Positions 1 through 15,463 of a DNA stretch of 64,000 nt are shown piece after piece. The stretch is from an uncultured Pelagibacteraceae bacterium. Lineage in GTDB: Bacteria > Pseudomonadota > Alphaproteobacteria > Pelagibacterales > Pelagibacteraceae. A model generated the notes under the pieces. That model was not told the DNA's origin and ran no database searches. It was given only the letters and a program-made list of their open reading frames with translations. Location of the stretch: assembly GCA_902604525.1 (NCBI GenBank), contig CACKYY010000001.1, forward strand, positions 29,787 through 93,786, written 5' to 3'. How positions within the stretch are numbered: the stretch's first letter is position 1; each line of letters starts with the position of its first letter. Made by a program: the position numbers and the translations under genes.

Positions 1-598
1 AGTCGACATGACAAATATTATGCAAATGAGAAAAGAAAATCAGGAAGATTTTCAATCTAGATATAACATTAAACTTGGCTTTATGTCGTTTTTTATGAAA
101 GCATGTGTTGTCGCCCTAAAGAATTTTCCAGCAGTGAATGCAGAAATTGATGGCGATGAAATAGTTTACAAAAATTATTATAATATTAGTTTTGCAGTTG
201 GAACTGACAAAGGTTTAGTCGTGCCAGTTTTAAGAAATGCAGACGAGTTATCTTTTGCTGATATCGAAAAAAATATTAAAGAAATTTCTGAAAAAGCAAA
301 AGACGGAAAGTTAGTAATCGAGGATCTTCAAGGAGGAACATTCACAATAAGTAATGGTGGAGTTTATGGGTCTATGCTTTCAACACCTATATTAAACCTT
401 CCACAATCTGGGGTACTAGGAATGCATAATATTGTTGAAAGACCTGCCGTTGTTGATGGAGAAATTAAAATAAGACCAATAATGTACTTAGCATTGTCGT
501 ATGATCATAGAATTATTGATGGTAAAGAGTCAGTTTCATTTCTTAAAATGATAAAGGAAAATTTAGAAGACCCAAGAAGGTTATTTTTGGATATTTAG
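1..598 (+). CDS. sucB: 2-oxoglutarate dehydrogenase E2 (dihydrolipoamide succinyltransferase), 5'-truncated by the window edge
   Basis: Catalytic-domain motifs [19 protein letters not shown] and [10 protein letters not shown]; directly upstream of lpdA. Confidence 0.96.
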   Translation, partial: VDMTNIMQMRKENQEDFQSRYNIKLGFMSFFMKACVVALKNFPAVNAEIDGDEIVYKNYYNISFAVGTDKGLVVPVLRNADELSFADIEKNIKEISEKAKDGKLVIEDLQGGTFTISNGGVYGSMLSTPILNLPQSGVLGMHNIVERPAVVDGEIKIRPIMYLALSYDHRIIDGKESVSFLKMIKENLEDPRRLFLDI

Positions 599-1999
599 AT
601 GGCAGAAAAATTTCAAGCAGTAGTTATTGGTGGTGGACCTGGGGGATATGTTTGCGCGATTAGACTTTCTCAACTAGGATTAAAAACAGCGTGCATAGAG
701 TCTAGAGGTTCTTTAGGAGGCACTTGTTTAAATGTTGGCTGTATACCGTCTAAGAGTTTATTAAATTTGTCTGAGGAATTTCATAAAGTTAAAGGCTTGG
801 CTAATAAAGGAATAGAAGTAGGAGATGTTAAGCTAAACCTAGATAAAATGATGAAAAGTAAAGATAAGGCTGTAACTGTTCTTACAAAAGGGGTTGAATT
901 TTTATTTAAGAAAAACAAAGTAACTTATTTCAAAGGTTATGGTAGTTTCAAATCCCAAAACGAAATTTCAATTAAAGATAATGAAAATAAAGAGACTATT
1001 ATACAATCTGAAAAAACTATAATAGCAACAGGATCTGTAGCTACTTCTTTACCAGGAATTGAAATCGATGAGCAAAAAATAGTTTCATCTACTGGTGCGT
1101 TAAAGCTTGAAAAAGTTCCAAATAAAATGGTTGTTGTAGGCGGTGGTTATATTGGATTAGAAATGGGATCGGTTTGGTCAAGACTGGGTTCTGAAGTGCA
1201 GGTAGTAGAGTTTTTAGATCACATCACTCCAGGTATGGACAAAGAAATATCCTCAGAATTTATGAAAATTCTAAAAAAACAAGGCATAAAGTTTAATATG
1301 CAAAATAAAGTTGAAACAATTAAAAAAAATAAATCTGGAGTAACAGTATCCACTGTAGATAAAGAGGGAAATAAAAATAATTTAGATTGTGATGTAGTTT
1401 TAATTTCTGTTGGCAGGAAGGCAAATACTGAGGGCTTAAATTTAGAAACTGTTGGAGTTAAATTGGACAACAAAAAAAGAATTAAAACTGATAAATCATT
1501 TAAAACAAATTTAGAGAACATATATGCAATTGGTGATGTAATATCAGGACCCATGCTTGCTCATAAAGCTGAAGATGAAGGTATTGCTGTTGCTGAAAAC
1601 ATTGCAGGACAATCAGGGCATGTCAATTATGATACTATTCCAGGTGTTGTATATACCACACCAGAAGTTGCAGCGATTGGTAAAACTGAGGAACAATTAA
1701 AAGATTCTAAAATGAAATATAAAGTTGGAAAATTTTCATTTATGGCTAATTCAAGAGCTAAAGCTATTGATGATGCAGAAGGATTTGTGAAGATTTTAGC
1801 TGATGAAAAAACAGATAAAGTGTTGGGTGCTCATATAATAGGCCCTCATGCTGGTGAGTTGATTGCTGAAATTGGCGTTGCTATGGAATTTGGAGCTAGT
1901 TCAGAGGATATAGCACGTACATGTCATGCTCACCCAACTTTTTCAGAGGCAGTAAAAGAGGCAGCTTTATCAGTTGATAAAAGAGCAATACACTCTTAA
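599..1999 (+). CDS. lpdA: Dihydrolipoamide dehydrogenase (E3)
   Basis: GGGPGG FAD motif, redox disulfide GGTCLNVGCIPSK, C-terminal HAHPTFSE. Confidence 0.97.
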   Translation: MAEKFQAVVIGGGPGGYVCAIRLSQLGLKTACIESRGSLGGTCLNVGCIPSKSLLNLSEEFHKVKGLANKGIEVGDVKLNLDKMMKSKDKAVTVLTKGVEFLFKKNKVTYFKGYGSFKSQNEISIKDNENKETIIQSEKTIIATGSVATSLPGIEIDEQKIVSSTGALKLEKVPNKMVVVGGGYIGLEMGSVWSRLGSEVQVVEFLDHITPGMDKEISSEFMKILKKQGIKFNMQNKVETIKKNKSGVTVSTVDKEGNKNNLDCDVVLISVGRKANTEGLNLETVGVKLDNKKRIKTDKSFKTNLENIYAIGDVISGPMLAHKAEDEGIAVAENIAGQSGHVNYDTIPGVVYTTPEVAAIGKTEEQLKDSKMKYKVGKFSFMANSRAKAIDDAEGFVKILADEKTDKVLGAHIIGPHAGELIAEIGVAMEFGASSEDIARTCHAHPTFSEAVKEAALSVDKRAIHS

Positions 2000-2020
2000 T
2001 TTTTTTTCATATTATAAAAT

Positions 2021-3977
2021 ATGAAATATCCGATTCTGTTACCAAATATATTTAATTATCCATTCACATATGAAAGTAATTTAGATTTAAAAATTGGTGA
2101 ATATGTATCAGTACCCTTTGGTAAAAATAAACTTACTGGAGTGGTATGGGATAAATTAGAAGAAAATGAACAAAAAAAATTTAAATTAAAAAAAGTTTTT
2201 AAGAAATTAAAAGTTAAACCACTAAAAAAAACAACTATAAACTTTTTAAATTGGTTTTCAGAATACAATATTATTCCAAAGGGCATGGCTTTAAAATTGA
2301 TGCTATTGAGCAACAATGCAATTGAAGACAATATAAAAAATAATTTTCAAGTTTTTGAAAGCAATATAAAAAATAATTCAATAAAACTCTCTGAGGACCA
2401 AAAGAAATCTCTAAAGGAAATGGTCATTTTAAACAATAAATTTAGAGTACACGTATTACAAGGAACAACTGGATCTGGAAAAACTTTTGTTTACTTTGAG
2501 GCATTAAAATCAATAATAAAGAAGGGCTTTCAAGGCTTAATATTATTACCAGAGATAGGACTAACGGGCCAATTTGAGCAAAAATTTGTTGAATATTTTG
2601 GTTTTAATCCAGCTGTCTGGCATTCAGGAATATCTAAAAAGAAAAAAGAAATAATATGGAATGGAATTTCTAATGGAAAAATTCAAGTTATAATTGGAGC
2701 AAGATCGTCTTTATTTTTACCATTTAAAAAACTTGGAATAATTATTGTTGATGAAGAACACGATCAATCATTTAAGCAAGATGAGGGGACAACTTACAAC
2801 GCGAGAGACATGGCAATAGCCAGAGCATCATTTGAAAATATTCCAATAAATCTTATAACTTCAGTTCCATCTGTTGAAACATATGAAAATATAAAAAAAG
2901 GAAAATATGGTTTATCTAGATTAAACCAGAGATATCAAAATGCTTCTCTCCCTAATTATGAAATTATAAATTTAAATAATTCTAAGTTGGAAAAAACAAT
3001 CGTGGTTATCAAATGAAATTATTAAAAAGGTAAATTCTCATTTAGAAAAAAAGGATCAAGTTTTATTTTTTTTAAACAGACGTGGGTTTTCACCAAATGT
3101 ATTATGCAATAAATGTTACACAAGTTTTTCATGCCCAAACTGTAGTATCAATTTAGTTTATCATAAGAATAAAGGTAATTTGCTTTGTCATTACTGTGGA
3201 TATAAATCTCATTTAAAAAGACACTGTTCAAAAGAGGGAAATTGTGAATTTATCTTTAGTGGTCCTGGTGTTGAAAGAATATCAGATGAAGTAAAAAGAA
3301 AATTTCCAGATAAGAAAATTGAAATCTTTTCAAGTGATACAATGAATAAAAAAGACTCAATGGATAAGTTGGATAAAATTATTAAAAATGAAACTAATAT
3401 TTTAGTTGGAACTCAATTAATTTCAAAAGGATTTCATTTTCCAAGTTTAAATTGTATTGTAGTTGTCGACATCGATCTTTCATCTCAAGGACACGATTTG
3501 AGAGGAGCTGAAAAGAATTTACAACTTTATCACCAACTTTCAGGAAGAGCCGGAAGAACTGGAAAACCAGCTACGGTTTATTTTCAAACTTACAATCATG
3601 ATACAAAAGTCATTGATGATATTACTAATAAAAATCCTGATATTTTTTTAGAAAGAGAGTTAGAGATTAGAAAAAAAAATAAACTTCCACCTTTTCAAAG
3701 ATTTATCTCACTAATTCTTACAGGTGAAAATGAGCATAAATTAGAAGCAGAGGCTTTAGGATTTAAAAATTTTATAGAAACTAAAATTGAAGGAAAAGTA
3801 TTGGGCCCAGTAAATGCACCCATTTTTAGATTGAAGAGAAAATTTAGAGTTAGATTGTTAATAAGAGGAATTAAATCAATGAAAGTACAAAACTCAATCG
3901 CAAAAATTATACCAAATTATAAGTTTGCGTCTGGAATAAAACTTTCAGTTGATGTTGACCCTATAAACTTCAATTAA
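2021..3977 (+). CDS. priA: Primosomal protein N' (PriA helicase), split by a frameshift in the A6 run at 2991-2996
   Basis: Walker A GTTGSGKT and DEEH in ORF 2021-3016. Removing one A gives ...LEKQSWLSNEII...FFLNRRGF with CxxC zinc pairs, continuing in frame into ORF 3180-3977 (QLSGRAGR, VDVDP). Confidence 0.92.
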
Positions 3978-4012
3978 TGAGTAAAAAAACGGCTTTTTAA
4001 CAAATCGGTTAC

Positions 4013-4041
4013 TTGAAGACATAAAGGTCATATGCTAATTA
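4013..4041 (+). promoter_or_regulatory. Putative sigma70 promoter of the atp operon
   Basis: TTGAAG-17 nt-TAATTA (GCTAAT context typical of alphaproteobacterial promoters), about 45 nt upstream of atpH. Confidence 0.5.
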
Positions 4042-4085
4042 AAGCCTGATTTTAATTTAATCTTCAACATTATATAGGAACAAAG

Positions 4086-4643
4086 TTGAGCAAAGACACA
4101 GGATTTTCAATAACTTCAGCCGAAAGTTACTCGCTTGCACTTTATGAGCTATCTAACGAAAGCAATCTTTTGACTCAAATTGAGGAACAGTGTTCGTCTG
4201 TTTTAGAATTGATAAACACAAGTGATGACTTTAAAAATTTAATTAAAGATCCAACAACAAAACAGGATGATTTATTAAAAATTACAAATTCAATTTCAGA
4301 AAATTATAAATTTGAAATTTTATTTAAAAATTTTTTAAATTTTTTAATTCAAAAAAGAAGGTTCTTTTTTTTAGAGAGAATTCTTAAAAGTTTTGTTGAG
4401 ATATGTTCAAAAAAAAGAGGAGAACTTAAGGCAGAATTAAAATCAGCAAAAGAATTATCTAATGATGAGATAACTAAAATTACAGAGGAGCTCACTAAAA
4501 ATTTTAGCTCAAAAATAAAATTAAACTACAAATATGATAAAAGTTTAATAGGAGGTTTAGTACTTCAAGTAGGAAGTACTATGGTTGACACCTCAATTAA
4601 AAATAAATTACAACAAATTGAAAACAGAATGATAGAGGCATAA
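4086..4643 (+). CDS. atpH: ATP synthase F1 delta subunit
   Basis: TTG start after AGGA; C-terminal LIGGLVLQVGSTMVDTSIK; first gene of atpHAGDC. Confidence 0.93.
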   Translation: MSKDTGFSITSAESYSLALYELSNESNLLTQIEEQCSSVLELINTSDDFKNLIKDPTTKQDDLLKITNSISENYKFEILFKNFLNFLIQKRRFFFLERILKSFVEICSKKRGELKAELKSAKELSNDEITKITEELTKNFSSKIKLNYKYDKSLIGGLVLQVGSTMVDTSIKNKLQQIENRMIEA

Positions 4644-6179
4644 ATGGAAATCAATCCTTCAGAAGTTACAAAAATATTAAAAGAACAAATTAAAAATTTT
4701 GGTGAAAAGACAGAGGTTACTGAAGTCGGCCAGGTATTATCCGTTGGAGATGGTATTGCTAGAATTTATGGCTTAGATAATGTTCAGGCTGGTGAGATGG
4801 TTGAGTTTGCTGATGGTTCAAAAGGTATGGCTCTTAACTTGGAAAGTGAAAATGTTGGTGTTGTAATTTTTGGTGACGACAGAAATATTAAAGAAGGTGA
4901 CGTTGTTAAAAGAACAGGAAATATTGTTGATACACCAGTAGGAAAAGAACTTCTAGGTAGAGTGGTTGATGGTCTTGGAAATCCAATTGATGGAAAAGGA
5001 GCCCTTGATAAAAGTGTTAAAAAAACAAGGGTAGAAGTTAAAGCTCCTGGTATTATCCCGAGACAATCAGTTAGTGAACCAATGCAAACTGGCTTAAAAT
5101 CAATTGATAGTTTAGTGCCAATTGGAAGAGGTCAAAGAGAATTAATTATTGGAGATAGACAGACAGGTAAAACTGCTGTTGCTGTCGATGCAATTATAAA
5201 TCAGAAAAAAATTAATGAGTCAGGTGATGAGAAACAAAAATTATATTGTATCTATGTTGCAGTAGGTCAAAAAAGATCAACAGTGAGACAAATTCAAAAA
5301 ACTTTAGAAGAAGCTGGAGCAATGGAATACACAACTATTGTTGCTGCTACAGCATCAGACTCAGCGCCACTACAATTTTTAGCTCCTTATACAGGTTGTG
5401 CAATGGGTGAGTATTTTAGGGATAATGGAATGCACGCCTTAATTATTTACGATGATTTATCGAAACAAGCTGTTGCATATAGACAAATGTCTCTTCTTTT
5501 AAGAAGACCTCCAGGAAGGGAAGCTTACCCAGGAGATGTATTTTATCTGCACAGTAGATTATTAGAAAGAGCTGCAAAACTTAGTGATGAACATGGTGGA
5601 GGATCATTAACTGCACTTCCAATAATTGAAACACAAGGAGGTGATGTTTCTGCATTTATTCCAACAAATGTGATTTCAATTACAGATGGCCAAATATTTT
5701 TAGAAACAGAGCTTTTTAACCAAGGTATTAGACCAGCAATTAACGTTGGATTGTCTGTATCGAGGGTTGGATCTTCAGCTCAAACAAAAGCCATGAAAAA
5801 AGTATCAGGCTCCATGAAACTTGAGTTAGCTCAGTATAGAGAAATGGCTGCTTTTGCTCAATTTGGATCAGATTTAGATGCTTCTACGCAACAGCTACTT
5901 AATAGAGGTTCAAAATTGACAGAACTTTTAAAACAAAAACAATATTCACCACTGACAGTCGCAGAGCAAGTAGTATCTGTTTTTTGTGGAGTTAAAGGTT
6001 ATTTGGATGACATAGATTTAAAAGATATTGCAGAGTTCGAAACAAAAATAATTGAAAAATGCAAATCTGATAAGCCTGAAATAATTGACTCTATCCAAAG
6101 TTCTGGAAAACTTGAAGAAGACAAAGAAAAACTATTAATAGAAGTAATTACTCAACTTAAACAAAACTTTAAATCATAA
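4644..6179 (+). CDS. atpA: ATP synthase F1 alpha subunit
   Basis: [30 protein letters not shown]. Confidence 0.98.
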   Translation: MEINPSEVTKILKEQIKNFGEKTEVTEVGQVLSVGDGIARIYGLDNVQAGEMVEFADGSKGMALNLESENVGVVIFGDDRNIKEGDVVKRTGNIVDTPVGKELLGRVVDGLGNPIDGKGALDKSVKKTRVEVKAPGIIPRQSVSEPMQTGLKSIDSLVPIGRGQRELIIGDRQTGKTAVAVDAIINQKKINESGDEKQKLYCIYVAVGQKRSTVRQIQKTLEEAGAMEYTTIVAATASDSAPLQFLAPYTGCAMGEYFRDNGMHALIIYDDLSKQAVAYRQMSLLLRRPPGREAYPGDVFYLHSRLLERAAKLSDEHGGGSLTALPIIETQGGDVSAFIPTNVISITDGQIFLETELFNQGIRPAINVGLSVSRVGSSAQTKAMKKVSGSMKLELAQYREMAAFAQFGSDLDASTQQLLNRGSKLTELLKQKQYSPLTVAEQVVSVFCGVKGYLDDIDLKDIAEFETKIIEKCKSDKPEIIDSIQSSGKLEEDKEKLLIEVITQLKQNFKS

Positions 6180-6185
6180 TAATAA

Positions 6186-8481
<2,296 letters not shown>

Positions 8482-8482
<1 letters not shown>

Positions 8483-8874
8483 TGAGTGAAGAATTTAAAA
8501 TTGAAATTGTAAATCCAGAAAAATCTTTTTTAGTAAAAGATGACGTTTCCGAAGTTGTTGTACCTGCCTATGAAGGAGAAATGGGAATATTAAAAGATCA
8601 TATTTCAATTATTTCTTTTTTAAAGCCTGGAATTATTAAAATTTTATCAAAATCAGGTGACGAAAGTTATTATATTGAAGATGGTATTGTAGAATTTAAA
8701 AATAATAATCTTTCAATTCTAACTAGCTCTATATTTAATATAGCTGATATGGATAAATCCAAACAACAAGATTTATTGAAACAAGCAGAGGAAGAATCTG
8801 GTAAGGAAGAAATAAGTGACCAGTCTAGGTATTTAATTGATCAAAAAATTGAAGTTTTAAAAACGCTCAATTAG
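8482..8874 (+). CDS. atpC: ATP synthase F1 epsilon subunit
   Basis: IVNPEK...VVVPAYEGEMGILKDH; follows atpD with TAATG overlap. Confidence 0.94.
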
Positions 8875-9344
8875 ATTAATTTTTTAACTTTTTCTTGTAC
8901 TTCTTTGTAAACATGGAACTTAAAATCTACTACTACTTTAGTTAGTTGATCTAGCTCTATCCATTTCCAATCTAAAAACTCTGGATGATGTGTGTTAATA
9001 TTAATTTCCTTATCCTCACCAGTAAATCTCATTAAAAACCACTTTTGTTTCTGCCCTCTATATTTACCCTTCCAAATAATACCTAGCAGACGGTCTGGAA
9101 GTTCATAAGTTATCATACCATCTAACTCTTTAATAAGTTTAACACTTTTGATACTAGTTTCTTCTTCTAGCTCTCTATAAGCAGCCTTTAAAAAATCTTC
9201 ACCAGAGTCAACTCCTCCCTGAGGCATCTGCCAAAAATCTTTTGGATTATCAATTCTCTTTGCTACGAATACTTTGTTTTCTTCATTTAAAACTACAATT
9301 CCCACGCCACTTCTTAGTGGCAAGTTACTATATTTCTTATCCAT
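8871..9344 (-). CDS. rppH: RNA pyrophosphohydrolase (Nudix)
   Basis: WQMPQGG, Nudix box AAYRELEEET, RGQKQKWF. Confidence 0.93.
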   Translation of the reverse strand: MDKKYSNLPLRSGVGIVVLNEENKVFVAKRIDNPKDFWQMPQGGVDSGEDFLKAAYRELEEETSIKSVKLIKELDGMITYELPDRLLGIIWKGKYRGQKQKWFLMRFTGEDKEININTHHPEFLDWKWIELDQLTKVVVDFKFHVYKEVQEKVKKLI

Positions 9345-9345
9345 G

Positions 9346-10485
9346 TTATCCGTTGAGTAACTTAATGGCGTAACTTAGTTGATTGTCTGTGTCACTCTTT
9401 ATCTTAAAATCATCTCCGTCTTCATTGATTTCTATATCAGGTCTGACACCGACCTCAGAAATAGACTTTCCAGACGGCAGATAATATTTTGCAACAGTTA
9501 ATCGTATAGCACCTTTATTTTTAAGTGGAATGATAGATTGCACAGATCCTTTTCCATAACTGTTTTCCCCAACAATTATTGCTCTTTTATGGTCTTTAAG
9601 TGCACCAGCCACTATTTCAGAGGCAGAGGCTGAACCGTAATTAATCAATACTAACAATGTTTTTCCATCTGTAATATCTCCTTTTTTAGCAAACCATTTT
9701 CTATTTTCTGATTTTTTTCTACTTTTTGTAGATACTATCTCCCCATTATCTAAAAAAAAATCTGAGATTGTTATAGCTTGAGACAATAGTCCACCAGGAT
9801 TATTTCTTAGATCTAAAATAAACGCATTTACACTTTCATTTTTTTTTAATTTTTTAATCTGTTTTTCAATTTGATCGCTACTATTTTCATTAAATGATGT
9901 AAGTCTTATATATCCTATATTATTTTCTAAAATTTCAGATTTGACTGATTGAATTTCTATTATTTCTCTAACAATATTAAATGTTAGTGCTTTTTTTTCT
10001 CCTCTTCGCCTCACAGTTAGTTCTATTCCAGAACCAACCGGCCCTCTCATCAAATCTACGGCTTCTGCTAAGGATTTACCTTGTACTTGAATATTATTTA
10101 TTTTTACAATGTAGTCACCAGCTTTTAGTCCTGCCTTAGAAGCGGGTGTATCATCTATAGGTGATATTACCTTAACTACACCAGCCTCCATACTTACTTC
10201 AATACCTAAACCTCCAAATTCACCACTAGTCTCCGTTTGCATCTGTTCAAGAATCTTTGGTGACATATATGCAGAGTAAGGATCAAGAGATTGAAGAAGA
10301 CCATTGATAGCCGAGTCCATACTTTCAGACTGATTTATCTCATCTACGTATTCTTTATTTATTTTTTCTAGGACTTCACCAAAAAGATCAATTTTTTTAT
10401 AAATATCAGTCTCAGCAGTATTTACGCTGCTATTAAAAAAAAAAATAGATAAAAAAATTATTAAATATGTTTTAAATAGTTTCAT
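9346..10485 (-). CDS. ctpA: Carboxyl-terminal processing protease (S41)
   Basis: Signal peptide from ATG 10485 (ATGA overlap with the rsfS stop), LDPYS, PDZ domain, DLRNNPGG, SASASEI, GKGSVQ. Confidence 0.93.
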   Translation of the reverse strand: MKLFKTYLIIFLSIFFFNSSVNTAETDIYKKIDLFGEVLEKINKEYVDEINQSESMDSAINGLLQSLDPYSAYMSPKILEQMQTETSGEFGGLGIEVSMEAGVVKVISPIDDTPASKAGLKAGDYIVKINNIQVQGKSLAEAVDLMRGPVGSGIELTVRRRGEKKALTFNIVREIIEIQSVKSEILENNIGYIRLTSFNENSSDQIEKQIKKLKKNESVNAFILDLRNNPGGLLSQAITISDFFLDNGEIVSTKSRKKSENRKWFAKKGDITDGKTLLVLINYGSASASEIVAGALKDHKRAIIVGENSYGKGSVQSIIPLKNKGAIRLTVAKYYLPSGKSISEVGVRPDIEINEDGDDFKIKSDTDNQLSYAIKLLNG

Positions 10486-10832
10486 ATCATAACTTTTTCT
10501 TTCGGAATAAATTCTGACCAAATTTTTTCAAGTTCATAAAATTTCCTTTTTTCAGGATGAAAAATATGAACAATTAAATCTATACCATCAACTAATTTCC
10601 ATTCATTACTTTGTTTACCCTCAATCTTAGAATCTGGAACTCCATTTTTTTTTAACTTTTCTAAAACTTGTTCTGATAATGACTGAATATGTCTTGAAGA
10701 TGTGCCGCTGGCAATAATCATATAATCAGCCATAGAACTCTTATCTTTTAAATCAATTGTTATTATATCCTGTGCTTTATTAAGATCGAGAGTGTTGATT
10801 ACAATCTTTTTAAGATCTGAAATTTTATCCAT
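10482..10832 (-). CDS. rsfS: Ribosome silencing factor (Iojap/RsfS)
   Basis: DYMIIASGTSSRH, WKLVD, IVHIF, RKFYELEKIW; conserved nadD-rsfS linkage. Confidence 0.94.
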   Translation of the reverse strand: MDKISDLKKIVINTLDLNKAQDIITIDLKDKSSMADYMIIASGTSSRHIQSLSEQVLEKLKKNGVPDSKIEGKQSNEWKLVDGIDLIVHIFHPEKRKFYELEKIWSEFIPKEKVMI

Positions 10833-10849
10833 TAATTAAATTTAGACTA

Positions 10850-11407
10850 TCAAATTTTTCTTAATTGAGAAGATGAAATGTTGACTTTTTTAAATTCAAT
10901 AAATTTAAGCACATCTTTATTAAGCTGCTTAAATGTCTTTGATTTTAATGAATTTTTTTTATAACCATGACGATCAAATACTAAAATATTACATTTTTGT
11001 GAAATTAATTTCGACTTATGCCATTTGTGGAAGTTAATTAAATTATCTGCACCCATTAAAAAATAGATTTCAATATTTTTATTTCTTTTTAAGTGATTGA
11101 TGAGATCAATGGTTTTGTTTGATTTAATTAAATTTTCATAAAATTTCACTTTTATAAATGAATTTGAGCCAATGATACGTATACATTCTTTAATTCTTTT
11201 TAAAACCGTTGTTTCACTTTCAGCTTTAAAAGGATTTTTTTTTGTTATAGCCCAGATTATATTCTGAAGTTGAAATCTCTTTTTTGCTTCTTTAGATATT
11301 GCTAAGTGTCCTTTATGTGCAGGATCAAAAGAACCTCCCAGAACCCCGATTTTGATTTTTTTAGTATTCAATTTATTTTCTTGTTTTTCCTTTACTCGTA
11401 ATTTCAT
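10850..11407 (-). CDS. nadD: Nicotinate-nucleotide adenylyltransferase (true start may be TTG at 11371)
   Basis: GGSFDPAHKGH, LMGADNL, ISSS motif; proA-nadD-rsfS synteny. Confidence 0.9.
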   Translation of the reverse strand: MKLRVKEKQENKLNTKKIKIGVLGGSFDPAHKGHLAISKEAKKRFQLQNIIWAITKKNPFKAESETTVLKRIKECIRIIGSNSFIKVKFYENLIKSNKTIDLINHLKRNKNIEIYFLMGADNLINFHKWHKSKLISQKCNILVFDRHGYKKNSLKSKTFKQLNKDVLKFIEFKKVNISSSQLRKI

Positions 11408-12624
11408 ATTTATAAGAAACTAATTGATTTAATCCCACAGGTCCTCTCGGAGGTAATATATTTGTAGAAATTCCTACTTCTCCACCGAATCCAAATTCTC
11501 CACCGTCAGCAAATTGAGTTGATGTATTATGCATAGCAATTGAGCTTTTAATATTTCTTAAAAAGTTTTTGGCTGTTTTTTTATTATTCGTAATTATACA
11601 ATCTGTGTGCATTGTTCCATATTTGTTTATATGATCAATACTTTCTTTAAGATTATTTACAATTTTTACTGATACTGCAGGCGCTAAATATTCCGTAGAC
11701 CAATTTTTTTCTTTAGCTGGTAATATTTTTCCCCTGTAATACTTTTTTAAAAACCTATCTCCATATATTTTACAATTTTTATTTTGTAGCTCGTTCAAAA
11801 TTGGATTACAAAAGTCTTTTGCAACTTTTTTATGAATCAGAATGGTTTCTGTTGCACCGCAAATACTTGTATTTCTTAATTTTGCATTATAAACAACTTT
11901 TTTTTGCCATAGTTAAATTTGCATCTTTATCAACATATGTATGACAAAGTCCTTCAAGGTGACCAATAATGGGTACACTAGATAAATCCTGAACTCTTTT
12001 TACCAAATTTTTTCCACCTCTTGGAATAATTACATCAATATATTTTTTCATACCTGATAGCATAATATCCACCACTCTTCTCTGTTTTGTGTCAATGAAT
12101 TGAATAAAGTTTTCGTCAACTTTATTAACTTTAAGTGCTTTTCGAAAAATCTTTGCTAAAATCCTATTAGTATTTATTGCTTCTGAGCCACCTTTCAAAA
12201 TTACTGGATTTCCAGATTTAAAGCATAGACTAGCTACATCCGAGGTAACGTTAGGCCTACTCTCGTAAATAACTCCAATTACTCCTATAGGTATTGATAT
12301 TTTACTAATATTTAAGCCATTAGGCCTTTTCCATTTTTCTAAGGTATTTCCAACTGGATCTTTTAATTTTGCAATTTTAATAATTGAATTTTGAATATCT
12401 TTTAACTTAGTTTCATTTATTAAAAGTCTATTAATTAAATTATATTTAATACCTATTTTTCTGGCGTAATTTGCATCTTTTAAGTTTTGCTTAAGTATTA
12501 ATTTTTTTTCATTACCCAATAATTCTGCGTACTTATTTAATACTTTATTTTTGATTTTTGTATCAATTTTCTGTTCAAAAGCTTTTCTTGCTTTTCTACC
12601 AACTAAATTCATATATTTGATCAT
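11373..12624 (-). CDS. proA: Gamma-glutamyl phosphate reductase, split by a frameshift in the T8 run at 11898-11905
   Basis: GVIYESRPNVT, LKGGSEA, IPRGG in ORF 11887-12624. Removing one base gives ...MAKKVVYNAKLRNTSICGATET (catalytic Cys), joining ORF 11373-11798 (FADGGEFGFGGEVGIST, RGPVGL). Confidence 0.92.
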
Positions 12625-14728
<2,104 letters not shown>

Positions 14729-14731
14729 CTA

Positions 14732-14986
14732 TTAATTGGGTTTTACTGAAACGAAAGTTCTATCTGCTTTTGATTTTTTGAATACAACTTTACCTTTAAC
14801 TACTGAAAAAATAGAATGATCTTTACCCATGCCTACATTTTCACCAGGAAAAATTTTAGTTCCTCTTTGTCTTACAATTATATTACCAGGTACGACTGTT
14901 TCACCACCATATTTTTTAACACCCAATCTTCGTCCGGCACTATCTCGTCCGTTTCTTGATGATCCACCTGCTTTTTTTGTTGCCAT
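14732..14986 (-). CDS. rpmA: 50S ribosomal protein L27
   Basis: [25 protein letters not shown]. Confidence 0.98.
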   Translation of the reverse strand: MATKKAGGSSRNGRDSAGRRLGVKKYGGETVVPGNIIVRQRGTKIFPGENVGMGKDHSIFSVVKGKVVFKKSKADRTFVSVKPN

Positions 14987-14999
14987 AATTTACCTTGTT

Positions 15000-15398
15000 T
15001 TATTTGCTTACCGCTTCTTTAGTTTCTTCTTTTTTTGGCTTTTTAGAAACTTTTTCAGCTTCAGATAAAACTTTACCATCTTTTGAAAAAATTTTATTTA
15101 TTCTTATCATAGAATACTCTTGTCGATGTCCATTTTTTCTTCTTGAATTGTGTCTTCTTCTTTTTTTAAAAATTAGTATAGTTCTATTTTTACTGTTTTT
15201 AATTAAATCAGCTTCGACTTTTGCTCCACTTACATGAGGAGCTCCGACCTCAATAGATTTATCATCCCCATATGCTAGGATTTCATTAAATTCAATTTTT
15301 GTTTCAGGTTTTGAATCTGGAAGCTTCTCTACCTTAAGAATTTCTCCAGACTTAACTTTGTATTGTTTTCCACCTGTTTTTATAACTGCGTAAGACAT
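15000..15398 (-). CDS. rplU: 50S ribosomal protein L21 with a charged C-terminal extension
   Basis: [30 protein letters not shown]. Confidence 0.97.
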   Translation of the reverse strand: MSYAVIKTGGKQYKVKSGEILKVEKLPDSKPETKIEFNEILAYGDDKSIEVGAPHVSGAKVEADLIKNSKNRTILIFKKRRRHNSRRKNGHRQEYSMIRINKIFSKDGKVLSEAEKVSKKPKKEETKEAVSK

Positions 15399-15425
15399 AG
15401 TATGAATATTTATTTAAGTATTCGC

Positions 15426-15453
15426 AATATAGTTGCAGCTAAGTTTTAGTCAA
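15426..15453 (-). promoter_or_regulatory. Putative sigma70 promoter of the rplU-rpmA-obgE operon
   Basis: TTGACT-16 nt-TATATT on the minus strand, 27 nt upstream of the rplU ATG. Confidence 0.55.
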
Positions 15454-15463
15454 GCCGAATTAA

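Noticed and set aside
10486-10521. N-terminal extension of ctpA given by the ORF track
   Set aside because: It overlaps rsfS; ATG 10485 gives a proper signal peptide and an ATGA coupling
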